NCBI GenBank assembly: GCA_958009085.1
Contig: OY253689.1
Location: 248,001-312,000, forward strand
Length of the DNA: 64,000 bases
DNA from: Protoeuglena noctilucae
Taxonomy: Eukaryota
Direction of reading: 5' to 3'
A program made the position numbers and the translations under genes. Below the pieces are notes generated by a model, which saw only the letters and a program-made list of their open reading frames with translations, made no database searches and was not told where the DNA came from. How positions within the stretch are numbered: the first letter of the stretch is position 1; every line of letters starts with the position of its first letter. Positions 12,222 to 24,785 of the stretch are shown here, piece by piece.

Positions 12222-13686
12222 TCATGCTGGAGACATCGACTCGGATTGGAGCTGCCGCATCGCCCGGACCCTCTGCGATCACGGGAGCTTAGAGTGTTTT
12301 GCTTGTGACACCACGCAACCCCAGCATCCACCTGACCGTGCCCCCCTCCCTGCACCGCCAGGCTGGATGTACACCTCTCTGCATTCTCACACTACACAAC
12401 CGTTGCGTCAATGAAGTCCGTCTGCTTTGTCAAACCCTAACCGCACTGTGCTTTCTCACCTCGGCTATGGCCAGCAGGCCGTCGAGCACCTCAGGTTGCA
12501 CCGGCACGCGCCCCTCACGCAGCCGCCGCTGCACCGCGTCGTCCACCGCCGCGGACGCAAGGAGATTCGGATCACGTTCCGACAGATTCTGGAGCAGCCA
12601 GAGCGCCTCGGCGCACAGCTCTGCGAAGAAAGCACGAGAGGGCAGTGGTCAGCTGCATACAACACCAGATCGCCCCACAAGAAACCACACCTATTCATAG
12701 TCAAAACCATGTCAATCACATGCATGACTCCCGTCATGCGCTCGTTCCGCGCTCTCTGCATCGCCCTCACCAGCATCCTCGCCCGTGGCGATGTCGACCA
12801 GGCTGTTCGCGATGCCGCCCTCGGCCAGGATCTGGAGGTACCGGTCGCCGGGGAACCACGCGAGCATGCGACGGAGTCGGGCGAGGCCCACCTCGTGCCA
12901 CGAAGGGTCCGGGTTGCGGCAAAGGAAGGCCGTCCCGTGTGCGTAGGCATCGGGAAGGAACATGGGCGAGTTGGGGATGAAGAACGTCGCGATGCCGGCG
13001 AGCGCGCCGACCTGCATCACCTGCAAAACGTAGGAAAACAACCTGCGCTCGCGCTGCGCTGCACAGAGCGCGGAGCTGGCGGGGATCGGTCCCAGCGCAG
13101 GTGCGGCAGGCGAGCCTGGCGAGCGCAGCGGACGCGCCTTAAACATGATGTGCAGCGGGGACCTCGACGACCAGATGATGAGGAGTTCCCGGCGTAGGCC
13201 GGCCTGCGAGGAGGGGATCGGGCGGCACTCTCAGCGACGCCCTTTGTATAAGCCGCTTCATCAGACGCCAGCTGGTCGACTCACCAGCACCTCCTGCAGC
13301 GGCGACAGCTTCTCATCCTGGGGCGGCGCGTGCTGTAATGCGCGCTCCATCCGGGCTTGCAGGACGCGCCCCCGGAAGGTGTTCGCATCGGGCACATCCT
13401 TCGCCACCGCCTGCTCGGCGATCTTCACGACGCCGAACTTCTTGCTGGGCTGCAGGAGCACGGAAACTAGGAAACGTCGTGCTGAAGGTATCGCCGCGAG
13501 CAGAGCGCCGATGCAGCGCCTGGACGGAGCTGGTCGACGTGAAAGCCCCACCTTGATCTTAGAGAGCGCCCGATGCTGCTGACGGAGCACTGACGTCGTT
13601 GCTTCGAGGGAGTAAGACGTGTTGCACGGAGCGCCGGCGCGGGCAGCTGCCGCGGCGGCCGCAAGCAGCCTCCATCCCCGCTCCAT
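12222..13686 (-). CDS. Hypothetical protein (about 6 exons), possible organellar presequence and hydrophobic segment
   Basis: MERGWRLLAAAAAAARAG... start; consistent GT/GC-AG splicing linking coding-like exons (VMQVGALAGIATFFIPNSPMF..., GLARLRRMLAWFP...GGIANSLVDIA, ELCAEALWLLQNLSE); probable final exon RVRAMRQLQSESMSPA*. Confidence 0.55.
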
Positions 13687-14044
13687 GACGGCAGCCCCGT
13701 TACACCGCCGAATCGCCCCTTCCCCGCCCAAACAGTCGAAAGTGCAAAAGCCTACGCAAAACGCGTCAAGTATCCGGCGCCTCTGTGGGGATCGGAGAGG
13801 CTCACAGGCGATGCGACGGGCATGCTATGTTTGGTGGGGCCGTGCGGAGTAGAGAGTCGATGTGAGACGCGAACCGCGCAGAGAGAGACACTATGAATGC
13901 CGTGCGTTTATCCCACCGAAGGCTGCGCGGCGCTTCTTGCGCGGACGGGCCCACTGGCAGCGAGACTGACTGCAGACGCTCCACGCCTTTACGGCCCAGC
14001 TATTCAAACAATCAGCTACGCTCAGGCAGCAAGGCTGACCAACG

Positions 14045-14049
14045 TTACA
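14045..14049 (-). promoter_or_regulatory. Putative TGTAA polyadenylation signal of SEC24
   Basis: TTACA on the plus strand about 115 nt downstream of the SEC24 stop; TGTAA is the established chlorophyte poly(A) signal. Confidence 0.45.
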
Positions 14050-14161
14050 ACTGCTGCCAACCACCACCACCACAACCGCCGCCACCACCACACCCTTTCC
14101 CCTCAACTTGCCTACACTTAGCCCACCCCATGCTCCTCCCTACCCAACACCCCCCCTCCGG

Positions 14162-17100
14162 TCACGCCTTGGACATGACGGCCCGGTGCAGGTAGCAGAG
14201 GTGCTCCGTGTACGACTGCAGGCCCGGCCCACGGTCCTCCACAAAGTAGGGCAGGACGTACTGCTCCTGCAATGGGGGAGCATTAGAAACAGGGGATGAG
14301 GGGATGGGACATGGAGACGGAAGTGAGTAGAAGTCGGATACAGGGAATGGGACATGCAAACCATCCATTGACGCGACCTTGCCACCGCCACCACCCCGCA
14401 CCCAGCTGCACTACCTCCCCACCCACCACCCAACCCAACCCAGCCCAGCCCCGCCACCCTGCGCATCGACTCACCTGGGGGTCTCCCTGCTTGACGACGA
14501 AGCAGAGGGGATGGGAGGGGTTGCCCCTGCGCAGGTGTGCCACCACGTTGTTGAGGCGCTTGGACATCGGGGAGTCGCGCGCTGGCTCAATCTTGGCAGC
14601 CTGGAGCTCCTGCTGGGAGGCCTGCTGGGACAGACCGAAGACCTGGGAGGGGGGGAGGCGGGAGAGGGGGGTGTTTGTAAGGATTCTATAGTAGTACTAA
14701 GGAGGGTGAGAGACAGGTATCGATGGTATGCTCGCCGTGCCTTATGCAACAACACAAGCGTTCAGTCGTGCCGTGGCTGATGTTTGACACTAACAAGCAC
14801 CCCTATCCCACCCCATGTGACCCTGTAACTACCCTTTCTCCTTTCCCACACACATCCCCTCGCCCACTCCTCCACTGCAACCCCACCCCACCCCACCCCA
14901 TCCCACCCCACCCAACACACAGCCAGCCATCCGCCACCCCTCACCTGCATGATGAACTCCGGGGCCACGGCCCTGCCCAGCAGCAGCACGAAGATGCGTC
15001 CCGTGTCGAGCAGGTATGCCCCCTTCAGGTCCAGCCGCTCGAGGGTGAGGGGCAAACGGGGCGGCATGACGCATTGGCCGTCGTGGCCAATCGTGCCCCA
15101 GGGCCCAGAGGGGTCCGACACCAGGTACAGCCCCGGGTAGCACAGGTGCGCGATCTGGTCCGTGTTGAGGCACATGACGTCGAATCCCATGGAGATGCGC
15201 TCGTCGGGCGCCACGTCCTTTCGTGACCCACGCAGCGCGCCGAACTTTGTGGCGGCCAGGCACAGCAGGGGCAGGACGGCGAGGTTGCGGGGGTAGATGA
15301 GGCGGTTGGCCACGTAGCGGGCCGCGGAGGCGTGCAAGAGGCGGTACTCCTGAGGGGGGGTGTGGGTGGGGCAGGGGGGGTGAGAGGGTGTGTAACACAA
15401 GGTGGTCAGGGACGGGTCTGGGGTAGCCCAGTGGTCGAGGGATGCACGTCGCATGCAGCTGTCGCGCACGTCAGCACCCCTCACGCACATGGTCACCTGC
15501 AGATGTCCCATCGCGTGTCCAACACCTGCACGGCACCTCTCACGCAACGCTCACCTGCAGCGCCTGCGTGAGTCGGAACATGATCGAGTCCCGCGCCTCC
15601 TGCAGCCTCCCCTGATAGGACTTCTCGACGGCCAGCTTGGTCAGCATGGCCGCGCACGCCGCGCCATCCGCGTGGTTGTACATCTCCCCAATGTCGTTTG
15701 TCACAGGGACCTGCGAGAGTGTTAACAAAGGATCTCTATGAGTTGGGATGCTGCGCCACTTGCTCGCACCTGCAACGTACCCTCAACGCACCCTCAACCC
15801 CACGCTGCCGCCCATGCTCAGCCCTGCTCTGCACAACCGCTTGCTAACAACGACCTCTCCCCCACCCCCATTTCCTCGCCTGCATGGTCATGACCCGGAT
15901 GCGCCTCTCCCCGCATGACGCGGTGTACAGCAGCGCCCCCTGGATATAGGCGACCTGGGAGGTGAGCATCGACTCTTCCAGGGCAATGTCGGCAGAGAAG
16001 CTCTTGTCCTGGTCCACGCAGGGGATGGCCAGGAGGTCGCGGGAGCGGATGTAGAAGTGGCCGTGGAAGGAGGAGATGGTCAGGCCCTTGGAGCACCTGG
16101 GGGGAGGCGTTGTGTGGGGTGAGATGAGTGGGGTAGCGAGAGGGTGGCGCATGGCGTGGCGAGTGGGGTGGCGAGGGTAGCATCTGAGGTGGCAAGCGGG
16201 GCAACAATGACAGCAAAGTAATCACAGCCGCTTTGCACCTCACACACCCTTCTTCCACCCAAAAACACTCACCCCCTTCCGGTGCCTATGCGCTCCACCG
16301 CACCGCCCCGCCACCCCGCGCGCCTCTCCGCCCAGCGCTCACCTGAGCCTCATTACGGCCTCCCACGCCGTCTCCCTCGACAGGTTCCTCGTCAACTCCG
16401 CCTCGAGCTTGGCCGCCTGCTGACTCGCGGAGAACCCGGGGTAGTAGTACAGATTCCCCGACGTGTGGCGGGGCATGGCCGCGAGCGACGCCAGGTCCAT
16501 GTAGGTCTTGCCGAACGCGAACGCGTCGACCGTGATCTGCGCCCCGACGCAGTCCGCGGCGAATTTCTTCCAGAAGGGGTCCTCCGGGTTGCGCATCGTG
16601 TGCTCGCGCTCCGTGCCGTAAAGCGTGGGGTTGTCGCGGTTCTTGATGCGCCCGACGCCCAGGGACGGCGTGGCGGCCTGGAACAGCATCATCTTGCCGC
16701 CCAGGTAGCTCATGCACAGGAAGGCCGCCTGCAGCGCCGGGCCCGTGGCCGAGTCGCCACAGACGGTCGATGCGAACGTCCCCGGGAGGGCGTCGAGCAA
16801 CGCCTCGATCTCAGAGCGGCTCTCGTGGAGCGAGGCGAGGAGGTCCGTGGGGAGCGGTACGAAGGGATCGTCCAGCTCGGGTACCACCAGCATCTGGGGC
16901 TGGCCCGAGGGGGGCTTGAGGTGGTAAAAGTGGAGCGTGCGGTCGAAGGTGAGGATGCCGACCTTGGTCCGCTCGTCGCCGGGGAGCGCGTCCAGTGCGG
17001 CGCGCACGGTGCGGCACACGGTGGCCAGCATGCCGGACTGCACGGCCTGCGCCGAGACGTCGATGACAAAAAAGTACGAGGGCGGCATGGGCGGGCGAGT

Positions 17101-19317
17101 GTAGTACTCGATCGGGGCGACGAACTCGACGCAGCCGCGCGACAGCTCCGGGCGCTCGTGGCGGTCCCTGCGCTGGTTGGTCTCGTCCAGGGTGCTGGGG
17201 GGGGCGATGAGTGGGTTACGGGGTGAGGGTGGGGTGGGGTGCAACGACGGGGAAAGGGTTTAAGATGGGGCGATGAGGTGCATAGGGCATAGAGCAGAGG
17301 CAATCCATGACATACCCATGCACCCCTGCCCATCCCTGCCCACTCAGAAATCGCCAGTGGTTGCGTGACGTACAACACGTTGCGCACTCTCACCAGAAGT
17401 ACTCGACGGGCACTTCGTTGAGGAGGGCGCACACGTTGCACCGCCAGCGCCTCCCCCCGTCCGCCCACTGGACGAAGGGGTTGACGTAGGTGCGGCAGGT
17501 GCGGCACCGGACGATGCCGGCGCTGCCCAGGTCCACGACAGGGACCTCGTTGTCGACGAGCGGCTGCACCACGACGCTCAGCGGGAGCTTCCACCGCTGC
17601 CGCAGCTGCTGGCTGTTGGGCATGGCGCTGCAGGTCAGGCGCATGTACTTGGCCGGGCAGTTGGCGGGGTGCAGGGGCTCCGGGGGCGCTAACAACGCCA
17701 CGGCCTCATCACCGATCGGCCGGGGGAACTCCTCCGGGTTAATACCCCCCGACTGCCCCGGCACGGCGCTGCCCAGCGACAGGGACGCAAACTGACTCAG
17801 GAGCTGCTGCTCGTGAGCGGGGTCGACCCCGAACGCCCCAAAGCCGGGGCCGGGGGGCAGGACGCCTGTGGTGGGTGACGGGCCAGCGGGGCCGTCGTAG
17901 GGAGCCCCGGGAGGCCTGCCGTCCATCTGCAGGTAAAGAGAGGTTGTGTTGGGCGTGAGAGGAGGCTAGGGAGCAAAGAAAGGAGGGCTAGGCGGGCAGG
18001 GGTGGAGGAGGGTGCCTTGGCTGCATGGGTCCACGGTGGCTATGCCATGAGATCAATCAGACAGATCACAACTTGGCTGATCGGGCAAGCGCAAGCAAAT
18101 GCTCACCGCGTGGCTCGAGGGCATGCCCGGGACGGGGCCCATGGGGCGCATGGCACCGGTGGGCGGGGCCGCCATGGGGGGCATGGTGGGGGGCCCTGTG
18201 CCGGGCATTCCGGGCGTGGAGGGCACGAGCATCCCCGGGCGTGCCATGGACTGTGGGGGGCCTGAGAAGGGGGCCGAGCCCGGCATCGAGCCAGGGGGCA
18301 TACCCTGACCGGGACCCATGCCGGGGCCTGGGGGCATACCCGGTGCAGCACCCATGCCAGGGCCGGCACCCATGCCAGGACCGGGGGCCATACCCGGGCC
18401 GGGACCCATGCCTGGGCCCGGCATCGATGGCTGGGCAGAGCCGGGGGGACCCATGGGGCGCGAGCCCGGGGGGGTCATCCCGCTACCCGGGGGCCGCATC
18501 GCCGCCTGCGAGCCGGGCGCCGGGCCGGGAGCCATGCCGGGCCTGGCCATGCCGGGTTGGGGGGCCCCTGGCATGCCGCCCGGGCGCGCCATAGGCATGG
18601 AGCCAGGTTGGGTGGGCACGGGCCCCGGTGCAGAGGTCATCGGGCCGGGCCCGGGCATTCCTGGCCGCATGGCCTGTGGCTGCATGGGCCTGCGAGCAGT
18701 GCGGAGTGCGGAGGGTTAGGAGGATGCTGTCGACACGGCAGCAACCGTGGGCAGTGCCTAGCAGGGGCGCGGGAATCACCTAGCGCCTCCCCCGGGAGCA
18801 CCCATCGGATTGGAAGGGCCCATCCCGGGCTGCATCTGCGCCCCTGGATAGGGCGCGCCCGACTGTCCCATGGGGGCTCCAGGCACGCCATGGCCCCCCG
18901 GCATGGGGAAGCCCGGCTGGCCCGGCCGAGGACCGTTAGGCGCGCCCTGCGGAGCGCCCATCATCATCTGCGGCTGCTGCATGCCAGCTGGCCCCGGCCC
19001 GCCCGGGGCGCCTGCGAGGGAGTGGCGACGGTGCGGACCTGACGAGGTGCCCCCAGCTGGGTGCGGACGGTCCGCGAGGCGCGCGCCCGGGTTCCACAGC
19101 GCAGATTCTTAGCCACTGACATCGTCGCGCAAGCCCAGATCCCGCGAGGCGCGCGGCGCGGGCGAGGAACATCTGCGCGCCTGATGGCGCGACGAGTCCG
19201 GCGCCCAGCCAGATCCCGGCGCAGGCACGCGTGCCGGATGGCCCTGCAGTCCCCACCTGGAGGCTGGCTGTATGCCCCAGGCGGCGCACCGGCGGGCGGG
19301 CGCTGCTGCCACGACAT
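14162..19317 (-). CDS. SEC24: COPII coat subunit Sec24
   Basis: Pro/Gly/Met-rich N-terminus, zinc finger RCRTCRTYVNPF...WRCNVC, trunk YFFVIDVS...SGMLATVC, ETAWEAVMRLRCSKG, QGALLYTASCGERRIRV, gelsolin region GAYLLDTG, C-terminus FVEDRG...SYTEHLCYLHRAV. Confidence 0.96.
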
Positions 19318-19709
19318 TGCGGAGTCCAGGACGTGGGCGCGCCGCGGGTCGCGGCGCAATCACCCCGCAGAACCAGCGTTTCAAGCTCCAATGCGAAAGC
19401 GACCGCACGGATCCCGGGGCTGGGCCTGCGATCGCCCCCACGCTCGCACTGCACGAACACTGGCCCGATCCCGGGAGCAAGGCAGCCGATGGCGCGTGCG
19501 GCAGGACGCCTGGTATTCCCGCGCGAGGGCCCACCGGCAGGCGCCTTCAGGGCCTGCGCCATTGGGGCGACATGGCCGGTCAGACGGGGGTCCGGACATC
19601 AGGGTCTTTCAGCCCGGAAACCGCCCGGCAGGCCCCGGAGACGGCAGAGAGGAGGACTTTGGCAGGAAATCTACCTCGTGTTGCTGGAAGAGACTCGCGG
19701 GGTGGACCA

Positions 19710-20495
19710 TGGCGCGCGTGGTGGCGCCCACTGGCCAGCTGGCCGCCGTGCGGGCGGTGCGGCCCATCCAGGCCTCCCGTCCCGCCATGCTCCGTTCGGA
19801 CTTCGTGGGGACGTCGGTGTCGTCCATGTGCTCGTCCATCGCCGGTGAGACGCGCCTTAACCGGGAGTCAGGGGCCTTTGCCGCCCGGCATGTCCAGCGC
19901 GGCTGAAAGAGCGTTACCAAGCGCGGATGTCGCGTGGCTCGCGGGCCCTTCCCCGCCCCCCTCGAGCGAAACGCCGCCCCTGACATCGCTTGGCGGTCGA
20001 CAGCGCCGTCGCAGGCCCTCCTTTCGCTATGCCGTGGGTCGCAAATCACGTCGCGTGCATGTGCGAAAGTCGTGCCGCCCTTCCGGACGCGCGGGGGAGC
20101 TGCCACTGCCCCGGGCCTCGACATCCACTCCCCCTGTCCCGCAGGAGCGGCGGTCGCGATGGTGCAGGCCGTCGCCGCCCCTCTCGTGCGCGGGTTTTTC
20201 GTGGAGGCCAACGCCAAGAAGTCTATTGGCTGCACCAAGGAGGGGACGAGCCGCAAGCGGGCGCGCGTCTCAGGTGCGTGGCCGGAGCTCGCCGAGCCCA
20301 CGGCGCGCTTGGGCTTGTGCAACCTGCGCTTCGTGCTCTTGGTGAGCTACCTGACGGGCCCCTTGCCGCCGCCCCCGCGCAGGTTTCCTGACGCGGATGA
20401 AGATGTCGCAGGGGCGCAAGGTGCTCGCACGGCGCCGGGCCCGGGGGAGGAAGAACCTGGCGCCCGCCTCGATGGTCGCTGGGAAGGACCGGTAA
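19710..20495 (+). CDS. RPL34: Plastid 50S ribosomal protein L34 precursor (3 exons)
   Basis: Transit peptide followed by SIGCTKEGTSRKRARVSG|FLTRMKMSQGRKVLARRRARGRKNLAPAS, matching the L34 motif KR.R..GF..RM....GRKVL.RRR..GRK.L. Confidence 0.93.
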
Positions 20496-20584
20496 TCGTC
20501 AGCCGTAGCAACATCTGCTGGGGCCCTTGCGCACCAGTGCGCGGGTGCAACATAGCGGGTCCACTTGATCGAGTCTAGCTGATT

Positions 20585-21948
20585 TCAAGGTGCTTGTGGT
20601 GCAGAGCTCGACGCAGACGGCGATGCATCGGACACGGCGGCGTCCTGCATGGTGACAGACAGCGCAGGGAACCAGAACAGCCGCCCCTGTCGCGGGTCGC
20701 CGTCGTCGACCAACGCCAGCCCATCGTGCACAAGCTCCTCCAACACAGCCTGCGCCCGCGTCCTGTCCCAGCCGAGTCCGGCACGCACGAGCTCCTCGCT
20801 TGTGAACCCCCGCTGCCTCGCCTCCGCCATCACTGCGAGGGTCGTGGGAAGCGTGTGCGACCCGCGACGCATGGGCACGGCCCGCCGCGCGCATCGTCAG
20901 CCCCCCGCAGCGCGCACCGGCGTTGCCATCCTGGTTGAGCTCCCCGGGCACGGACCGCACGAACCGCTGGCCCCCGATGCTGACCATGGCAAAGCCCCCG
21001 CCCAAGGCGCTCAGCTTGCGGATCGCCTGACCCACGTCCTCCTCCGACACCTCTTGGCTCCGGGTCGTCCTGCAAGCAAGTCGACCGGCGTGCTGCATCC
21101 AGGCCCGCCAAGCTCTGCCCATGCCATCGGGATGGAGTGCTTTCGCACGCGTCGTCACCGGGCCCGCTTGCGCCGGACGGCCACCAGCATCTTGTCCACG
21201 GGCACCAGCCCACCGCTTATCGGCCTCGCTGCCAGGCACACCTCCAGAATTTGGATCCCCAGCTCTGCGTACAGGACGGCAAGACCTGGCATGATCCCCC
21301 ACTGAATGTCGAGTGACGAACGGGGACTCGTCAAACGGCGAGAGCTGCCTGGCCAGCGTCGGGAGCGTGACGGCCTGCCGAGCCTTGCGTCTCACCGTAG
21401 TAAAAGTCGCCCAGCCCCAACTTGGACCACAGGTTCTTCCGCGAGGCCAGTGGGTCCACGCCAGCCTGGGCGCACATCTTGTGGAATTGCGCCCGAAACT
21501 CCGGATTGCTCCTGCGACGATGTGCACGTTGCGGGTGCTGAGTGCGGCATCCACAAGCGCTCCTTGTCTCTCCGGGGCTCGAGCGAGAGAGGAACGCGGG
21601 CAGTCTGAAGCGGCCAGCCGGATGCAGAGGCTACCTCACCGGATGGACGCGCTATGCTTTTCGACAAACTCTTGCAAGGCCGTCTTGAACAGCTCCATGC
21701 TCTTGCGCACGTGCTGGGAGCAGGGAGAAGGGCGTGCTGGCAATGATTGCGAGCACGCGAGGGCGCTGGGGAGCCGGACGTGCGTAAGAGCAAAGCCATG
21801 GAACGCTCTTTGCAGATGGCCGCGTCAGTGTCGGTGAAAGCCCCACCTCTGCGCGGACGGCGAGCAGTTCCTGGCCGGCCTGCTCGAGGCCTTCTTTCCT
21901 CCGCATCCGGGCCTTTACAGCCGCCATGCCCACGCCCTTCCGCCTCAT
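20585..21948 (-). CDS. VPS22: ESCRT-II subunit VPS22/SNF8 (EAP30)
   Basis: [11 protein letters not shown]..., [70 protein letters not shown] and GLALVDD...FWFP. Confidence 0.95.
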
Positions 21949-22374
21949 GAGCCCTCTTTGCTTCACCGATGCTCAAAGCGAGCGAAGAGTAATGGCCGTG
22001 GGCCCAGTCTGCAGCGTGAACAGGGCGAGAGGCAAGGCCCTTCAACAGCAGCACGTTTGCGATGACAGCAATGTCAACACGCAGAGCCTTTGTGCAGTGA
22101 ACGAGCGGTGCGGCTTCTTGAACGGGGAGGAGGAGGGTACCCTACTAGCGAACAAATCACGTTTTGCTGGGAACCAAATTTACCAGGTCCTAGCCCCCTG
22201 CCACGGAGCTGCCACGAAGCGGAGGTGGGCAGATGGAGAGAGAAGGCAAGAAAGCTGAGACAAGCCATCACACGGTGCGTCCGATTCTTCAACCCTAGCG
22301 TGCTGTGCTACGGCTGTGCCTGGTTGCACTGCTGTCCTGCCTCGCCGGCACAAGAAGGCCTCTCACGCATGCGA

Positions 22375-23243
22375 TTACGAATGCAGCGTTTGCGGCCACG
22401 ACTGCGACATGGTGTTGCTGTTGCCGCCCCCTGTGTCGTAGTCCTGGATGTCCCTCGTCATCTGCAGCCCAGGGATGTCGCAAGGCATCTCGGGACCGTT
22501 GCCGTAGCGACCAACTAAGACCTGCAACAGTTGTTTTACCAACGACCTGGAACGCCCCGCTCTCACCAGGGCGTGCGAGTGCTTCACGATGGCCTTCCCC
22601 ACCGTGTTGATCCAGTCCTCCTTCTGCTTGTCGTCGTCGGCGATGAAGAACATCGAGTCGGACGCCGTGGCGATCTCGAAGGACGCCGGCTTGTTGATGG
22701 TGTCCTCGGCGCCCTTGATGCTGACGCACGTGGCGAGGTCGATGACGCCCCGGGGCACCGACTGGGGCGTAATGACGTCGTCCTGGGAGCGCAGCGATGC
22801 AACCAATTGCAGAGCTTCCGTCAGGGTTGCCACTAGCAGACGCCTCGCGCCAGGCGGGGCGGGGAGCGGGGTCAACAGCTGGAAGTTGCTGCGGCATGCG
22901 TGCGCGCGCTATCGCCCCTACCTTGAACCAAAACATGCGCCCCTCCTTCATGACGAAGAAACGGCGTCGCCACGTCTTGATGTGCTCGCCTGCGAGGCAG
23001 CGGGGGCGCGCGAGAACCAAGTGTCGGCGCGAGGCGACTAGTCCCGGGACCGCGGGCGTCTCGGGGGTCACGGCTAGTGGCGAGAGCCGTCCTGCAAAGC
23101 TACTGGATGCGACAGCGCGAGACGCGACAGGCGCAGGGCGCATACGGACCTTGCTTCCACAGCCATCCCGTTCGCTCGGGCTGAACCCAAAATTGCACCC
23201 CTCCCGTGTCCGGCCTGCCGAAGAGCCCAAAGAAACTCTGCAT
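22375..23243 (-). CDS. Small pleckstrin-homology-domain protein (AtPH1-like)
   Basis: FWVQPERTGWLWKQG|EHIKTWRRRFFVMKEGRMFWFK|...PRGVIDLATCVSIKGAEDTINKPASFEI...MFFIADDDKQKEDWINTVGKAIV. Confidence 0.93.
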
Positions 23244-23461
23244 TACCGACGGGGCAGTACGTATGCTGCACCGACGGGTGCGGAGGTGGCCCCTAGCGGC
23301 CGCGCGGTCGCCTAGACGGTACCAGACCAGCCAAGTAGGTAACCGCGAGTTTCGCGGAGCGCAATTTCAATTGCGAGTTCGCGGCGAAGCTCCCAGGCCT
23401 AGACTTCTCAGCTCAGCGATGTGCGCTGCCGGCCCGAGCCAAGCGGTTGCGAAGAAGGGGC

Positions 23462-24785
23462 TCACCGCCTGGGGAACGCCCCCGCAAGCCGGCCGTGCGG
23501 CACAAACCCGCTGCGTAGCCTCCTAGCTAGGACAATGTACCTGGGGCCGAAAAGACCATGACAGTCCCGAGCGCAGGTGCCCAAGCACGAGGGCACCGGT
23601 CGAGCTGGTGGGTGGTGGGAGCGGTCGCGCTTTGGCCGAGGTGGCCGCGGCATCGGTGCACCTGCACACAGCTGGGTGATGCCACGTGTCGCATACAGTG
23701 TGAGGTGACTGGCAATGAGACGGTAGCTGAGGATACCGAGCATCTCACCTGCTGCAGGACGGCTTGCGCTTGCCATGCAGCTTCGGCTGAAGTGATGGCT
23801 GAAGTGATGGAGAGTTGGCATGGCGAAGGAGTAGCCATGCCATATAGCTGCCCGGAATCTGAGTGGGTCGCAGATGACGCCAAAAGGAGGATCACGAAGC
23901 TGACGACATGTGCCTGCAGGAGCGGAGGTCGACAGCAAGTCATCGCACAGTCGTGGAGTAGCAGCCTAGGTGAGCCGTGGCTCGGCCAATGTGCCCGACA
24001 ACACACCCACCTCATCTCTGCAGGAACCCAGCGGGCTTCTCGATTCCCCGCCCTTGCAATGAAACGCCTCCCAGCATTACGTTTACTTGGTGGCCTTTGA
24101 TGCGAACGTCTGCCGCTGCAGCTGGTAGATTCCATCGTAGACCTGATCACGGTAGCTGATGTTTGCGTCCTCGACCCGAAGCGCCTCCCCGAGTGCGTAC
24201 CGCACCTCTCCGAGCATCGCCGCGAGCTCGTCCATGGATGACTCGTGGAAGCGCATGCGAGCTCCGAGCAGCTGCACGCAGCCCGTCATCCGCCGGTGCT
24301 CCGCCCAAGGATCCAGCTCCAGCAGTATGGGCTGGAACTCGTCCTCGGGAAGGACGCGGACAGCGTCCTCTTGCGTCGCGTCGTCGCGGACGGGAGCTTT
24401 GAAGCGCGCGTCGAAAGATTTCCTCTGCTTGATCATGGCCGACAGCTTCTTTTCGATCGTAGCAAACCGCTCAGCCACCACGTGAGGGGGCAGAGGGCGT
24501 ATCTGCGGGTGGACGCGCGGCAGCTCACAACGGCGCACATCCAGGGCCCGGGCCGGTCTCTGACTCGAAAAGCCCAGTCATGTAATCCCATCCGGATCAT
24601 AACTTCAAGATGCGTATTGTGGCACCCACCTGCTTGTCGTAGGCCGCTGCGCGCTCCCTCGTCGTCATGCCTTCCCGGCGGACCGGCCCTTGCAACACGC
24701 CGCGCCACTCGTCCTTGCGGCGCCGCCCTTCAGGCGATGCGCCCCCTTTCTGCACACGTGCAGGTGCTTTCGACGTGCTACCCAT
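23462..24785 (-). CDS. Hypothetical protein; 3' exons uncertain
   Basis: Exon 1 MGSTSKAPAR...AYDKQ (GTGGG donor) and a helical-looking exon 2 (about 24502-24086, RFATIEKKLSAMIKQRKSFD...). The apparent stop lies within a GTAAAC donor, and further acceptor/donor pairs occur near 23913-23749. Confidence 0.45.

Noticed and set aside
18110..18700. Dense GGGCC/CATG repeats
   Set aside because: They encode the expected Pro/Gly/Met-rich disordered N-terminus of Sec24.
14162..23243. Functional clustering of trafficking genes (SEC24, VPS22, PH protein) or carbon-storage genes (LCIB, SDP1, LESV-like)
   Set aside because: Interspersed with unrelated housekeeping genes in mixed orientations; compatible with chance.
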